Assembly (NCBI GenBank): GCA_963828195.1
Contig: CAWHDT010000005.1
Coordinates: forward strand, 160,001 to 224,000
Length of the DNA stretch: 64,000 bases
Source: Candidatus Bathyarchaeota archaeon
GTDB taxonomy: Archaea; Thermoproteota; Bathyarchaeia; Bathyarchaeales; Bathycorpusculaceae
Reading direction: 5' to 3'
Positions 27,498-37,357 of this stretch are shown here, piece by piece. Below the pieces are notes generated by a model. That model had not been told where the DNA came from. It searched no databases and saw only the letters and a list, made by a program, of their open reading frames with translations. The stretch's first letter is position 1. Each line of letters opens with the position of its first letter. The position numbers and the translations under genes were made by a program.

Positions 27498-29972
27498 TCA
27501 CGATGAACTGGATGGATTAGGTGTTGAAGTCGCCTTATCGCTTACATCTTGTTCCTTTACATCGTTTTCAAACGTGCGGAAATAACGGATTTTCAAAAAG
27601 TCTGTCAATACGAATTCAAGCAGAGCGTAACCCCAAACTAAACCAGCCAGTCCCCAACCTATGGGGCTTATTAGCACACCATACACCGCTAAGACCGTTG
27701 CGAATACCTGCGTGCCTTCTGCAGCAATCACCAGTTTACCCGCTGGGAACGGGCGCTCCCAGAAGTGTTTGTTGTGTGTTCTTGCAAGATATAGAGTCAT
27801 GTGGCCCGCCACCATCATCTTCAGAAACATAAGTGTCTGGAGAGCGAGTGGGCTGAGATGGAGCACATCAAGTCCGATAATAAAGAGCAGGAAGCTCGCA
27901 ACTAAACCGGTGATGCCCAGCAGGGAAGCAACGATTATGACTTCACGCATATTCCACCGCACGGGTTTTGCGTGAATTCTCACGTTGTCGTACGCAATCA
28001 TCATGATGGGCAAATCGTTAAGCAACGCCAACAGGACAATCATCACTGGTGTTAATGGATAAAAGTTGAAGATTATGATTGTCAGTGACAAGAAGAATAG
28101 CACACGCATGGTCTCTGCAATGCGGTAGACTGCGTAGTTGTTCATCCGCGCGAAAATCTTGCGGCTCTCCTTAATAGAATCGATAATCACTGAGAGACCA
28201 GGCTTAGTGAGCACTACATCCGCCGCAGATTTAGCCGCGTCAGTCGCCCCATCAACAGCAACGCCTGCGTCGGCCTTCTTTAAAGCTGGAGCGTCGTTAA
28301 CTCCGTCGCCCGTCATGCCAACAATATGATTTTTTCTTTGAAGCAATTCAACAATGCGGTATTTGTGCTCAGGAAAAACTTGGGCAAACCCATCTGCGTT
28401 CTCAATAAGTTCTGTCGCTTCGCTGTCTGGCTTGTCTATGAAAGAAGAAGCAGGAATGATGTTTGTGCCCAGATTAACTTCTTGAGCAATCTCTTTGGCT
28501 ATTGCAATGTGGTCGCCAGTGACCATTTTGACGTTTATTCCCATCTTCTGAGCTGTTTTTATTGTTTCAGCCGAGTCTTCGCGTGGCGGGTCATAAATTG
28601 CAAGAAGCCCAACGTATTGCCAGTTATCTGCCGCGTCTCCCTTAATTACGCCTAATGCCCGCTGCCCTTTACTTGCAAAAGTGTTTACGACGTCGTTTAC
28701 TTTGTTTTCGATTTCTGCCTTGTTTGAAACAAGAGACAAAACAACTTGTGGAGCGCCCTTGGAAACTTTAAAGCTTCCACCATCACGGCTCTCCACAGTG
28801 GCTTCTGTCCTCTTCAAAACAGGGTCAAACGGCTTAAAATCAGCAACACTGTATCGACCCAGAACATCGACAACCGCACTGACCGACTTGGCTTTAGCGA
28901 TAACGGCGTCATCGATGGGGTCATGGTTTTCTGCTCTGGAAGCCAATGTTCCATACAAGAGAGCATCGTTGATTTCGAATTTTCCAAAGGCTTGCGCTTC
29001 CGCAACGGTAAGTTCATTCTTCGTTATCGTGCCTGTCTTGTCTGAACATAACACGTCAACGCCAGCCATCTCTTCAATTGAAACCAGCTTGCTCACGATA
29101 GCTTCTTTTTTGGCAAGGGCGATTGCGCCAACAGCCATGGTGACCGTCAAAACTGCAGGTAATGCTACTGGAATCGAAGCTATAACCAAAACCAGCACAA
29201 ACTGAAGAATAGTTAATGGGTTAGCGTGTCTAAGGAGCGCCGTGACAAACACTGCAGAAACCATTATTGCTGCAAGGATGATGAGGTAGTTTCCTATTTT
29301 TATGACGGCTTTTTGGAAGTGGCTTCCACTTCTGGCTTCTGCCACAAGCTTGGCGGTTTTGCCAAAAAAGCTGGTTATTCCGGTTGCGACAACATAAGCG
29401 TCCATTTCACCCTGCTTAATGATAGCTCCTGCATAAGCAAGATCGGAAACATGCTTCTCTACAGGTAGAGATTCACCGGTTAATGCGGATTCGTCAGCGA
29501 GCAAGTAGTCGCCTTTCATAAGCTTAACGTCAGCGGGAATAATGTCGCCTAAGCGGACACGTACGACATCGCCGGGGACAAGCTCTTTCGAGGGTATCTC
29601 ACGCCATGTTCCATCTCTTAGAACTCGGGCTTTTGGGGCAAGCCGCTTCTTTAGCAACTCGATAGCATTATCCGCTTTGCGTTCCTGCCAAAATCCCACC
29701 ACCGCGTTCACAATTAACAGCGTAAAAATTAACGCAAAATCCTCCCAGCGCTGAATGACTATAGATAATGCCGCCGCGATTTCTATCATCCAAGGAATGG
29801 GTCCCCAAAAATACCCCAAAAACTTGCGGTACGGGCTAATTTTCTTTTCAGGAATTTCGTTAGTACCATACTTTTGAAGCTTTTGTGCAGCTTCTTCTGA
29901 AGACAGCCCCGTATTGGCATATTCTGAAAATGGAGTTTCTTCATGCGGTTTTTTTGGCTGCGCGGATTCCAC
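27498..29972 (-). CDS. P-type (IIIA) plasma-membrane proton-efflux ATPase
   Basis: FWGPIPWMIE, LTGESLPV, IPVALPAV, CSDKTGT, KGAPQ, TGDGVNDAPALK. Confidence 0.95.
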   Translation of the reverse strand: MESAQPKKPHEETPFSEYANTGLSSEEAAQKLQKYGTNEIPEKKISPYRKFLGYFWGPIPWMIEIAAALSIVIQRWEDFALIFTLLIVNAVVGFWQERKADNAIELLKKRLAPKARVLRDGTWREIPSKELVPGDVVRVRLGDIIPADVKLMKGDYLLADESALTGESLPVEKHVSDLAYAGAIIKQGEMDAYVVATGITSFFGKTAKLVAEARSGSHFQKAVIKIGNYLIILAAIMVSAVFVTALLRHANPLTILQFVLVLVIASIPVALPAVLTVTMAVGAIALAKKEAIVSKLVSIEEMAGVDVLCSDKTGTITKNELTVAEAQAFGKFEINDALLYGTLASRAENHDPIDDAVIAKAKSVSAVVDVLGRYSVADFKPFDPVLKRTEATVESRDGGSFKVSKGAPQVVLSLVSNKAEIENKVNDVVNTFASKGQRALGVIKGDAADNWQYVGLLAIYDPPREDSAETIKTAQKMGINVKMVTGDHIAIAKEIAQEVNLGTNIIPASSFIDKPDSEATELIENADGFAQVFPEHKYRIVELLQRKNHIVGMTGDGVNDAPALKKADAGVAVDGATDAAKSAADVVLTKPGLSVIIDSIKESRKIFARMNNYAVYRIAETMRVLFFLSLTIIIFNFYPLTPVMIVLLALLNDLPIMMIAYDNVRIHAKPVRWNMREVIIVASLLGITGLVASFLLFIIGLDVLHLSPLALQTLMFLKMMVAGHMTLYLARTHNKHFWERPFPAGKLVIAAEGTQVFATVLAVYGVLISPIGWGLAGLVWGYALLEFVLTDFLKIRYFRTFENDVKEQDVSDKATSTPNPSSSS

Positions 29973-30318
29973 TAATAAGAACCTTCTATTCCGCTAAGAG
30001 AATGGATATTTTTGTTAATGGAAGGAGGCAAACTACATTGGCGACGCCGGCTTTTATGCTTCTTGCATGCTGAAGTCGGCTGCTGGCTGCTTCCTCTGAA
30101 GAAATGTCATTTACGCTTGAAATTAGTTTCTTCAATAACTCGGTCATTGTTTTCGTTAAATGCTGCGTCATTTTTGTTGAACTCGTGTAAACACCTTGGT
30201 TAATTGAACCTTATTTGCTTTCTTCTACCTCAATCGTTATAGTTAGCCCCATACACAGATGTGTTGTATCCTTTTAATGTTAGCAACAATTATATGGAAT
30301 GTTCAAGATTCTCTAAGT

Positions 30319-30432
30319 ATGTCTGCTCCTAATTGTCCTTGTCCCAAAAAAGATTGCCCACGCCACAGCAACTGCCAGGAATGCGTAGATCACCATAAAG
30401 CAAAGAATGAATTGCCCTATTGCGCAAGGTGA
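30319..30432 (+). CDS. Small Cys/His-rich metal-binding protein (37 aa, DUF6485-like; not in ORF track)
   Basis: MSAPNCPCPKKDCPRHSNCQECVDHHKAKNELPYCAR. Confidence 0.75.
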   Translation: MSAPNCPCPKKDCPRHSNCQECVDHHKAKNELPYCAR

Positions 30433-30436
30433 AACA

Positions 30437-30691
30437 GTGGCATCTCTTTCCGAAAAAGAAGCCGCCGAGAAAAGAGAAAATATACAAAAACGTTTTTGGA
30501 ATCAAGTTGGCGCCGTCGAACATATTAACTTGCCCAAACTGGAAGACGCCATAAGAAAACAATTCAATACGACGGATGACAGGTTCATTCAAACACAGAT
30601 TCGACTGATGCAGACTGAGGGAAAGATAAGAGTCCAAAACAATGTTAAAGTGTGGATTAAACAGCCAAACATCGATCTGCATGAAATCTAA
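30437..30691 (+). CDS. Small hypothetical protein, possibly winged-helix
   Basis: GTG start after AGGTGA RBS that overlaps the upstream stop; helix-helix-EGKIRV-hairpin pattern. Confidence 0.65.
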   Translation: MASLSEKEAAEKRENIQKRFWNQVGAVEHINLPKLEDAIRKQFNTTDDRFIQTQIRLMQTEGKIRVQNNVKVWIKQPNIDLHEI

Positions 30692-30723
30692 GCGGAAAAA
30701 AAATATTCTACTTACAAAACAGG

Positions 30724-31608
30724 GTGATTAATGAGGTTAAGATGAAAACGCCAACATCCATTGTCTCAAAGATTGAAGCCATTGCTGGACTTTTGAAAAT
30801 TGAGCTTCCCGTTGCCGCGGGCTTATGCATTATTGCTGGTCAAATGTTGGCGATTGGCAAGTTACCGACGCCGTTTGAGGCAGTTCTGGGTTTTCTTGTG
30901 GGTTTCCTGATTTCGGGTGCAATAATGATGTCAAACGACTACTTCGATTTAGAAGTAGACATAATAAACCACCCCAATCGGCCTCTCCCATCAGGCAGAA
31001 TAACGCCACCTGAGTTAACAGCGTTAACGTGCCTGTTCTCAATCGCAGGTTTCCTATCTTCTTATTTGCTGAGTTCACTAGCATTTTTCATCGCCATAGC
31101 TTTGTGGCTGCTTGGTTTCGTCTACAATTGGAAGTTTAAAGAAGCTGGTTTAGTAGGCAATCTGATGGTTAGTCTATCGGTTGCTATGACTTTTATTTTT
31201 GGCGGATTATCGGTTGGCCGCGGTTTTTTGGGTGTAGTTTGGGTTTTTGGGGCTTGCGCATTTGTTTTTGACTTAGGAGAGGAGATTGCCGGAGGTGCAA
31301 TGGATATTGAGGGAGATCGAAAACGCTCCGCTAAAACATTAGCAATCACTAAAGGACGGGGATTTGCTTTGCGCATTTCAAGTTTACTTTACGTGTTATT
31401 TATCGGGCTTACCGCATTGCCATTGATGTTTGGGTGGCTTGGATTAGTTTACCTTGTTTTGCTTTTGCCAACGGATTTTGCTATTGCCTACCTAACAATT
31501 GGGCTCTTAAGAAGTAAAACGCCTAAGGAGGGCAGAGCGAGGACCCGCCAACTCTATCTTGCGCTCGTTATTTTTATTGTTGCGTTTATCGTGAGCCGAT
31601 TAATCTAA
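30724..31608 (+). CDS. UbiA family prenyltransferase (DGGGP-synthase-like)
   Basis: NDYFDLEVDIINHPNRPLPSG; second acidic motif EEI...DIEGD. Confidence 0.88.
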   Translation: MINEVKMKTPTSIVSKIEAIAGLLKIELPVAAGLCIIAGQMLAIGKLPTPFEAVLGFLVGFLISGAIMMSNDYFDLEVDIINHPNRPLPSGRITPPELTALTCLFSIAGFLSSYLLSSLAFFIAIALWLLGFVYNWKFKEAGLVGNLMVSLSVAMTFIFGGLSVGRGFLGVVWVFGACAFVFDLGEEIAGGAMDIEGDRKRSAKTLAITKGRGFALRISSLLYVLFIGLTALPLMFGWLGLVYLVLLLPTDFAIAYLTIGLLRSKTPKEGRARTRQLYLALVIFIVAFIVSRLI

Positions 31609-31724
31609 AGAACGGGTTTGAGGCGTTTTGCAACTCAGATTTTCCTGTTTTTCAGGCAAAATGGCTGGATTGCTACACAACTCTTAAAAGTTAGCTTTTC
31701 GAATTATTCGAAAGTGCAATTAAT

Positions 31725-32183
31725 ATGATAACTACTTCGGAACAAGCGGCGCATGAATTGCTTGAAGTCGTTCCAGCTGTAATGAAGGAATTACGAACTG
31801 AGATGCGAAGCCGAAGAACACCAGATTTAACGGTTCCTCAGTTCCGCACCTTAGCCTTCGTGGACCACAATAAAGGCACTTCACTCTCAGCAGTAGCCAA
31901 TCATATGGGATTGACCCTGCCCTCAACTTCTAGGCTTGTAGATGTCCTTATCTCCCGCGGTATGCTAACGAGAGAAGATAATCCAGCTGACAGACGACGC
32001 GTAAAATTAGACGTCACAGCACATGGCTTAGGAATTTTGGAGACTTCGCGCAGAGGAACTTTGACTTATCTCACAGGCAAAATAGCCAGCCTAAGTGCTG
32101 AGGACAAGGAAGTCATTGTCAAAGCCATGAAAGCTATGCGCTCGGTTTTCGCAAGCGGCGCACAGACACAGGTGGGGAAGTGA
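31725..32183 (+). CDS. MarR family transcriptional regulator
   Basis: LTVPQFRTL, SRLVDVL..RG.L.R...DRRR. Confidence 0.93.
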   Translation: MITTSEQAAHELLEVVPAVMKELRTEMRSRRTPDLTVPQFRTLAFVDHNKGTSLSAVANHMGLTLPSTSRLVDVLISRGMLTREDNPADRRRVKLDVTAHGLGILETSRRGTLTYLTGKIASLSAEDKEVIVKAMKAMRSVFASGAQTQVGK

Positions 32184-32187
32184 AATT

Positions 32188-32985
32188 ATGTCCATCCTCG
32201 TAACGGAACACCTTACGCGTCGTTTCAAAGAGTTAACAGCGGTTGATGACCTGTGCCTATCTGTGAATCAAGGCGAAATCTTCGGTCTCCTCGGACCCAA
32301 CGGTGCAGGCAAATCAACAGTCATCAAAATGGTAACTACCCTCCTGCCCCCCACAACTGGAAGCGCAAAGGTCGGCGGCTTCGATGTACAGCATGAAGCA
32401 AGCAAAATAAGGCGTCTCATTGGCTATGTGCCTCAAATTCTCTCGGCTGACGGCACAATCACAGGTCGAGAGAACCTCATGGTATTCGCTAAACTTTATG
32501 ATATACCCAAAGGTGAGCGAGTAAAACGTATTGCAGATTCGTTGCAGTTCATGGGGCTTTCTGACGCTTCTGATAAGATGGTAAAGAATTATTCCGGCGG
32601 CATGATTCGACGCTTAGAGATAGCGCAGTCTATGCTGCATCTTCCCAAAATACTGTTTTTAGATGAACCTACAATCGGGCTCGATCCAGTTGGCCGCAAA
32701 GCGGTATGGGATCACATCCAGAAACTGCAAGCAGATTACGGAATGACGATTTTTGTTACCACTCATTACATGGAAGAAGCAGACAAGCTGTGCTCAAGAG
32801 TTGCAATTATGCATCTGGGCAAGCTGGCGGTCATAGGTGAACCTGACCGTTTAAAAGCTTCGCTAAATATCGAAGACGCCACGCTTGAAGATGTTTTTAC
32901 GAAATACACTGGCGGCGCCCTTGACAGGGGCGACGGCTACCGCGAAGCATACTCTACAAGACAAACTGCAAAGAGGCTGGGCTAA
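32188..32985 (+). CDS. ABC exporter ATP-binding protein (DrrA-like)
   Basis: GPNGAGKS, YSGGM, LFLDEPT, TTHYMEEA. Confidence 0.95.
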   Translation: MSILVTEHLTRRFKELTAVDDLCLSVNQGEIFGLLGPNGAGKSTVIKMVTTLLPPTTGSAKVGGFDVQHEASKIRRLIGYVPQILSADGTITGRENLMVFAKLYDIPKGERVKRIADSLQFMGLSDASDKMVKNYSGGMIRRLEIAQSMLHLPKILFLDEPTIGLDPVGRKAVWDHIQKLQADYGMTIFVTTHYMEEADKLCSRVAIMHLGKLAVIGEPDRLKASLNIEDATLEDVFTKYTGGALDRGDGYREAYSTRQTAKRLG

Positions 32986-32988
32986 AAC

Positions 32989-33795
32989 ATGATTTCCCAA
33001 CAAATGAAATCTGCCGCGACATCGGTTGCAAGCTTCTTTAACAAAACATGGAGCATAACGCAGATGGAAGTCAGCAAACTGCGCCATGACCCAACTGAAC
33101 TGCTGACCCGAGCGGTGCAGCCTGCTTTGTGGCTGCTAGTCTTCGGAGAAGTCTTCACAAGAGTACATGTGATCAGCACGGGCTCTTTGTCGTACCTTTC
33201 ATTCTTGGCGCCTGGGATTTTGGCTCAGAGTGTGCTATTCATAGCTATCTTCTACGGCATTGCGGTCATTTGGGAACGAGACCTCGGCATTATAAACAAG
33301 TTTCTGGTCAGCCCCACACCGAGGCAAGCGCTGGTTCTAGGCAAAGGGCTGTCCGCTGGAATCAGGGCGCTCTCCCAAGTTGCAATCATCTATCTTCTGG
33401 CCCTGCTGATCGGCGTTGGCATAAACTGGAGCCCCATAAACCTAGCGTTAGTCCTGGTTGTTGCGATGTTGGCTTCGGCACTGTTCTCGACGTTTTCGCT
33501 AATCATAGCTTGCCTCGTTAAGACGCGGGAACGTTTTATGGGGATAGGGCAAATCTTAACCATGCCCATGTTCTTCGCAAGCAACGCCATCTACCCGCTG
33601 TCAATGATGCCAAGCTGGCTGCAAATAATTGCACGATTCAACCCGTTAACTTATGCAGTTGACGCCATGCGTGGACTTATGGTTACGGGTGGAGTAAGCA
33701 TCTATGGGGTCGGATTTGACATGCTTGTACTCTTCGCTGTCACAGCAGCGTTGGTGCTGATCGGAGCTAAACTGTACCCGCGGGTAGTCATCTAA
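32989..33795 (+). CDS. ABC-2 type permease
   Basis: Six TM segments; WERD.G, NPLTYAVDAMRGL. Confidence 0.93.
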   Translation: MISQQMKSAATSVASFFNKTWSITQMEVSKLRHDPTELLTRAVQPALWLLVFGEVFTRVHVISTGSLSYLSFLAPGILAQSVLFIAIFYGIAVIWERDLGIINKFLVSPTPRQALVLGKGLSAGIRALSQVAIIYLLALLIGVGINWSPINLALVLVVAMLASALFSTFSLIIACLVKTRERFMGIGQILTMPMFFASNAIYPLSMMPSWLQIIARFNPLTYAVDAMRGLMVTGGVSIYGVGFDMLVLFAVTAALVLIGAKLYPRVVI

Positions 33796-33940
33796 ACCAA
33801 ACAGCCCTTCAAACAGCAAGCTGAACAGCTGCATTGGCGAAAATAAAGATTAACGAATAAGGAAAAAGCAAAAATTGAAAACCTAAAACAAGATTAAGAG
33901 GTTAATTGGTCTAGTTTTTTAGCTTAAGCTTTAGACCTGT

Positions 33941-34570
33941 TTATCTGCTAGTGGTTTGGCTTTGAAGAACACTGACTGTTCCGGTTTTTCCCAGCCGAAG
34001 TTGCCTCTCGCCTTTAAACGTGGATACTGAAGCGTTCTTAATCTGTACGGTGTCGCCTACATTAACAAAGTCTACCTGTTCATTCCAGAGGCAAAGCTTA
34101 ATTTTTCCGGTCTCATCCGCTATCCAAGCGTTAGTTACTTTGGCGCTGTTTCCGTACCGTGTTTGGACTGTTGCGGGCAGGGGCGTCTCAAGAACTTTAG
34201 CCTCCAAATTAACTTTTTTCATTCCGTGCCTCAGATCCTGCACCATAGTGGATTGTTTGGGCGATGTATTTTGCCTATTCATTTGTCGGCGAATTTTGTC
34301 GGTGTCCATCCAGTTTTCAAAGCAAATGTCTTTTCTTCGCAGAAATTCTTCAGCAACCCGAAACTGAGCGATTACTTTGGAGTCTTTTGTTATTAGAAAC
34401 ATGGCATCGTCTTTTAGGCTGCAACGGTATTCAACCACTAGATTTTGGCAAGCGGTTTTTCCTTTTTCTCTTGCCCCAACAATAGCTTGATAAAGTTCTG
34501 AAAGGTAAATTCCTTGTTTTACGGAGAGAAAAGCAAGGTACTCCATTATCGTTGTCTTTTTTCTATTCAA
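33941..34570 (-). CDS. OB-fold single-stranded DNA-binding protein (SSB/RPA-like) with N-terminal extension
   Basis: DLRHGMKKVNLEAKV...IADETGKIKLCLWNEQ...VGDTVQIKNA...FKGERQL. Confidence 0.85.
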   Translation of the reverse strand: MNRKKTTIMEYLAFLSVKQGIYLSELYQAIVGAREKGKTACQNLVVEYRCSLKDDAMFLITKDSKVIAQFRVAEEFLRRKDICFENWMDTDKIRRQMNRQNTSPKQSTMVQDLRHGMKKVNLEAKVLETPLPATVQTRYGNSAKVTNAWIADETGKIKLCLWNEQVDFVNVGDTVQIKNASVSTFKGERQLRLGKTGTVSVLQSQTTSR

Positions 34571-34894
34571 ATTTTCCCCTTCTGATGTTGCTTGCCAGAA
34601 ATTGTCTCGAAAAAGTACAATCTTGCCCGCAGGTTTACTCTTTCTTCAATAATCCGACAATCAATATGTAATGCACATATACCTATATAGGCTTGTCACC
34701 CGCGAAAAGTCATTTCTTCCAGTAATTTCGATTTTCAAAATCTTCGACGCAGCCGAGGAACCTTAAGCACAATTTGCCATCACCACCACAGTTCACTCTG
34801 TTCGTAAAGGAGTTGCTCAACGAAACCTGACTAATCCTACTGTAGGTTTTTATTTGATGCTTCATTAGGCTAAACCAAATTGGAAGCGAATCTT

Positions 34895-35275
34895 ATGAAA
34901 ACTATTGCTCTTGTAGCACATGATAACAAGAAAAAGGATATGGTTGAGTGGTGTGACTTCAACAAGGGAACCTTATCGCGTTATTACCTGTACGCAACAG
35001 GAAGCACAGGCGAACAAATAATTGGCACAACCGGATTGCCCATAAATCTGCTGAAAAGCGGACCTTACGGGGGAGACATGGAAATTGGAGCTTTAATCGC
35101 CAACAAAAAACTGGACATACTAGTTTTCTTTTGGGATCCCTTGGAGTCACAGCCCCACGATGTAGATGTCAAGGCACTGCTCAGAATGGCCGTACTATAC
35201 AATATTCCAACTGCCTGCAACAGAGCAACAGCAGACATGATTATCTCAAGCCCCCTCTTCAACAGCCAGCAATAA
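34895..35275 (+). CDS. mgsA: Methylglyoxal synthase
   Basis: IALVAHDNKK, ATGSTG, SGPYGGD, DPL..QPHDVDVKALLR. Confidence 0.96.
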   Translation: MKTIALVAHDNKKKDMVEWCDFNKGTLSRYYLYATGSTGEQIIGTTGLPINLLKSGPYGGDMEIGALIANKKLDILVFFWDPLESQPHDVDVKALLRMAVLYNIPTACNRATADMIISSPLFNSQQ

Positions 35276-35442
35276 AATGGCTTGAACAAGAAACCCACAG
35301 GTCCATTCTTCGGGAGCCTACCCTTAATGATGGCTCTAATTTTTGCAGGTTGCTCTTTTTGACCAATGCTACGGCTATTAAAGCGCTTAGTTGTCTATTG
35401 AAAATAATTTTTTAAAATGAAAAAAGAAAAGAAGGGGAGATT

Positions 35443-36228
35443 TTATTTTTTTGCTTTTTTGGTGTATGTGTATGTTCCGAAAGCTACTGCGACCAGCATA
35501 ACTGATGCGATGATTGCTGTTGCTGACGAGAATTCATTTACTGTTGTTGTTGGTGTTGGGCTTGTTGACGGTAATGTTACGCTGCTGCCTGTTGGGATGA
35601 AATATGCTTGTAGTGCGCATGTGCTTGCGCTGACGTTGTAGTCGATTGTGCTTGTGGTGCTGATGCATGAGCCTGCTGCGGCGGAAACCATCCAATATAG
35701 GAAGGTAAAGCCTGTGCCTGGGGTTGCTACGAAGTCATCAGCTGTGCCGATTGTGTAATTAGTGTAGCTGCCTGATGATGGATTGGTTGTTCCGCCTAGT
35801 GAAGTTAAGACGTCGATAGTGGATGTTCCTGAGGTGGCTACTGGTGTGACGTTGCTTGCTGGTGTGAACATTGCCTCTATCGCGCAGCTACTTGATGTTA
35901 AAGTAACTACAAGTGGGTTAGTGGTGTATGTGACTGCGCCTGTAGATGCAGCGTACTCAAAGCATAGGAAATTAAAGCCAGTGCCGGCTACCGCTTCGAA
36001 GGAAACAGCTGTTCCGTTGGCATAAGAGGCTGAGGCTCCGCCCGTGAGAGTTGTTCCGTTACCAGTGATGCTTCCGCCTAGTGATGTGTAAACGTACACT
36101 GAGTCTGTTGTTTGTGCTTTCACGTATGCGATATTCGGACATGTGGCAACAACCAAGATTGCTGCCGTCAATAGAATCAAAGCAAAAACTTTAAAGTTCT
36201 TTGAAGTTTTACTCATTGAATTCACCAA
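35443..36228 (-). CDS. Cell-surface protein with two InlB-B-repeat-like domains and PEF-CTERM-like tail
   Basis: Signal peptide; duplicated TSLGG...Y..GT...F.A...GF.FL; VNEF plus TM plus KKAKK. Confidence 0.75.
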   Translation of the reverse strand: MVNSMSKTSKNFKVFALILLTAAILVVATCPNIAYVKAQTTDSVYVYTSLGGSITGNGTTLTGGASASYANGTAVSFEAVAGTGFNFLCFEYAASTGAVTYTTNPLVVTLTSSSCAIEAMFTPASNVTPVATSGTSTIDVLTSLGGTTNPSSGSYTNYTIGTADDFVATPGTGFTFLYWMVSAAAGSCISTTSTIDYNVSASTCALQAYFIPTGSSVTLPSTSPTPTTTVNEFSSATAIIASVMLVAVAFGTYTYTKKAKK

Positions 36229-36558
36229 TTTTTTGCTTTTATTTAATGGTCAAATCGTTAATAAGCTTTTCCAAGCGCTTTTTTGCCTGCTCCTTGAAGA
36301 AAATCGTTTAAACCTGCTTTTGAAATCAGTTTTGAATATGGCTTATTTTTTCAGAGATTTGAATAAAATTTTTCGGTTGAAAGTTGGCTCGAACATTCAA
36401 AACATCATCCATCGCTTTCATCGACTCACAGTATATTTTCTGCTAAAAATCAAAGCCCCGATAATTTTAATAAATAATCAAGAAAAAACGCCATAAATCA
36501 CAAAACTGGGGCAAACTTCTATATGTTAGCTATTAAACTTTAACTAGCGAGATCAGAT

Positions 36559-36741
36559 ATGAACCCTGAAAATTATAAATCAAAGAGGAAAACTCAGCCC
36601 AAACGGAATAGGGTCGCAACTCGTTCTAAAAGTCAAGAGCTTGCCAAAGCTAAAGTGCTTAATACTTCTCCAAAACTACGTGAAATCTACGCCACAAAAA
36701 CCGAATGGGCGATAAAGACAATGCCCAAATTAAAAGAGTAG
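36559..36741 (+). CDS. Small basic hypothetical protein
   Basis: 60 aa Lys/Arg-rich ORF with ATG, downstream of an AT-rich TATA-like stretch. Confidence 0.4.
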   Translation: MNPENYKSKRKTQPKRNRVATRSKSQELAKAKVLNTSPKLREIYATKTEWAIKTMPKLKE

Positions 36742-37097
36742 AAAAGCCCAAGAAAATCCATCATTGGCGTTTAACCTAATTCCAAAAACAAAATTTAGAA
36801 ACAAACACATTTTTTCAAGTTTAACTTTCAGACTGAAATTCACCAAAAATAGATATCTGATGGAAACTCCATAATTTTTGCAGCGGTGTCTTAACTGAAA
36901 TGAAGGGCAATTGAGGGACGCCGAAGGAATTGGCTGGTTAATTGCGTCTGCTGCGTGAAAAATCAGGTGTTTCGGTTTTTTCTTATGATAACCCTTAAGT
37001 GGCATGGTGCCTATATAGTTGTACCCAAGTTTGCAATCACCTGTCCAAATAATTTTTGGTTCATGTGAGCGGCTAAATTTGGGTGGGTGGGGAATAG

Positions 37098-37349
37098 TTG
37101 AAAATATTTGAGGCAATGGTGTTTAAGAGGGCAATTGGGGCAAGCTGTAGTTTAAACGTAGAGATGCTGGATACTATAAATGACGGCATTGTTTTAAGCA
37201 TAGATGAAAACTTGGTTAGCCGCAACGAACTTGCGTTTATAACCGATTTTGTTCAACAACATAAACTAAGTTTGCTTTTAGACAGCGAGCGCTACTTCAT
37301 TTCTTCAAGTGCCCTGAGTCCGTCCAGCGCATCTATGTGGGAAAGCTAA
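37098..37349 (+). CDS. Small hypothetical protein
   Basis: 83 aa; GGGTGGGG RBS before TTG; resembles 62065-62277. Confidence 0.6.
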   Translation: MKIFEAMVFKRAIGASCSLNVEMLDTINDGIVLSIDENLVSRNELAFITDFVQQHKLSLLLDSERYFISSSALSPSSASMWES

Positions 37350-37357
37350 TACATAGT

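Noticed and set aside
29986-30203. Short ORFs on both strands upstream of the P-type ATPase
   Set aside because: No RBS, motif or compositional support
36730-37116. 128-aa minus-strand ORF
   Set aside because: Atypical composition, overlaps neighbouring starts, no recognisable domain
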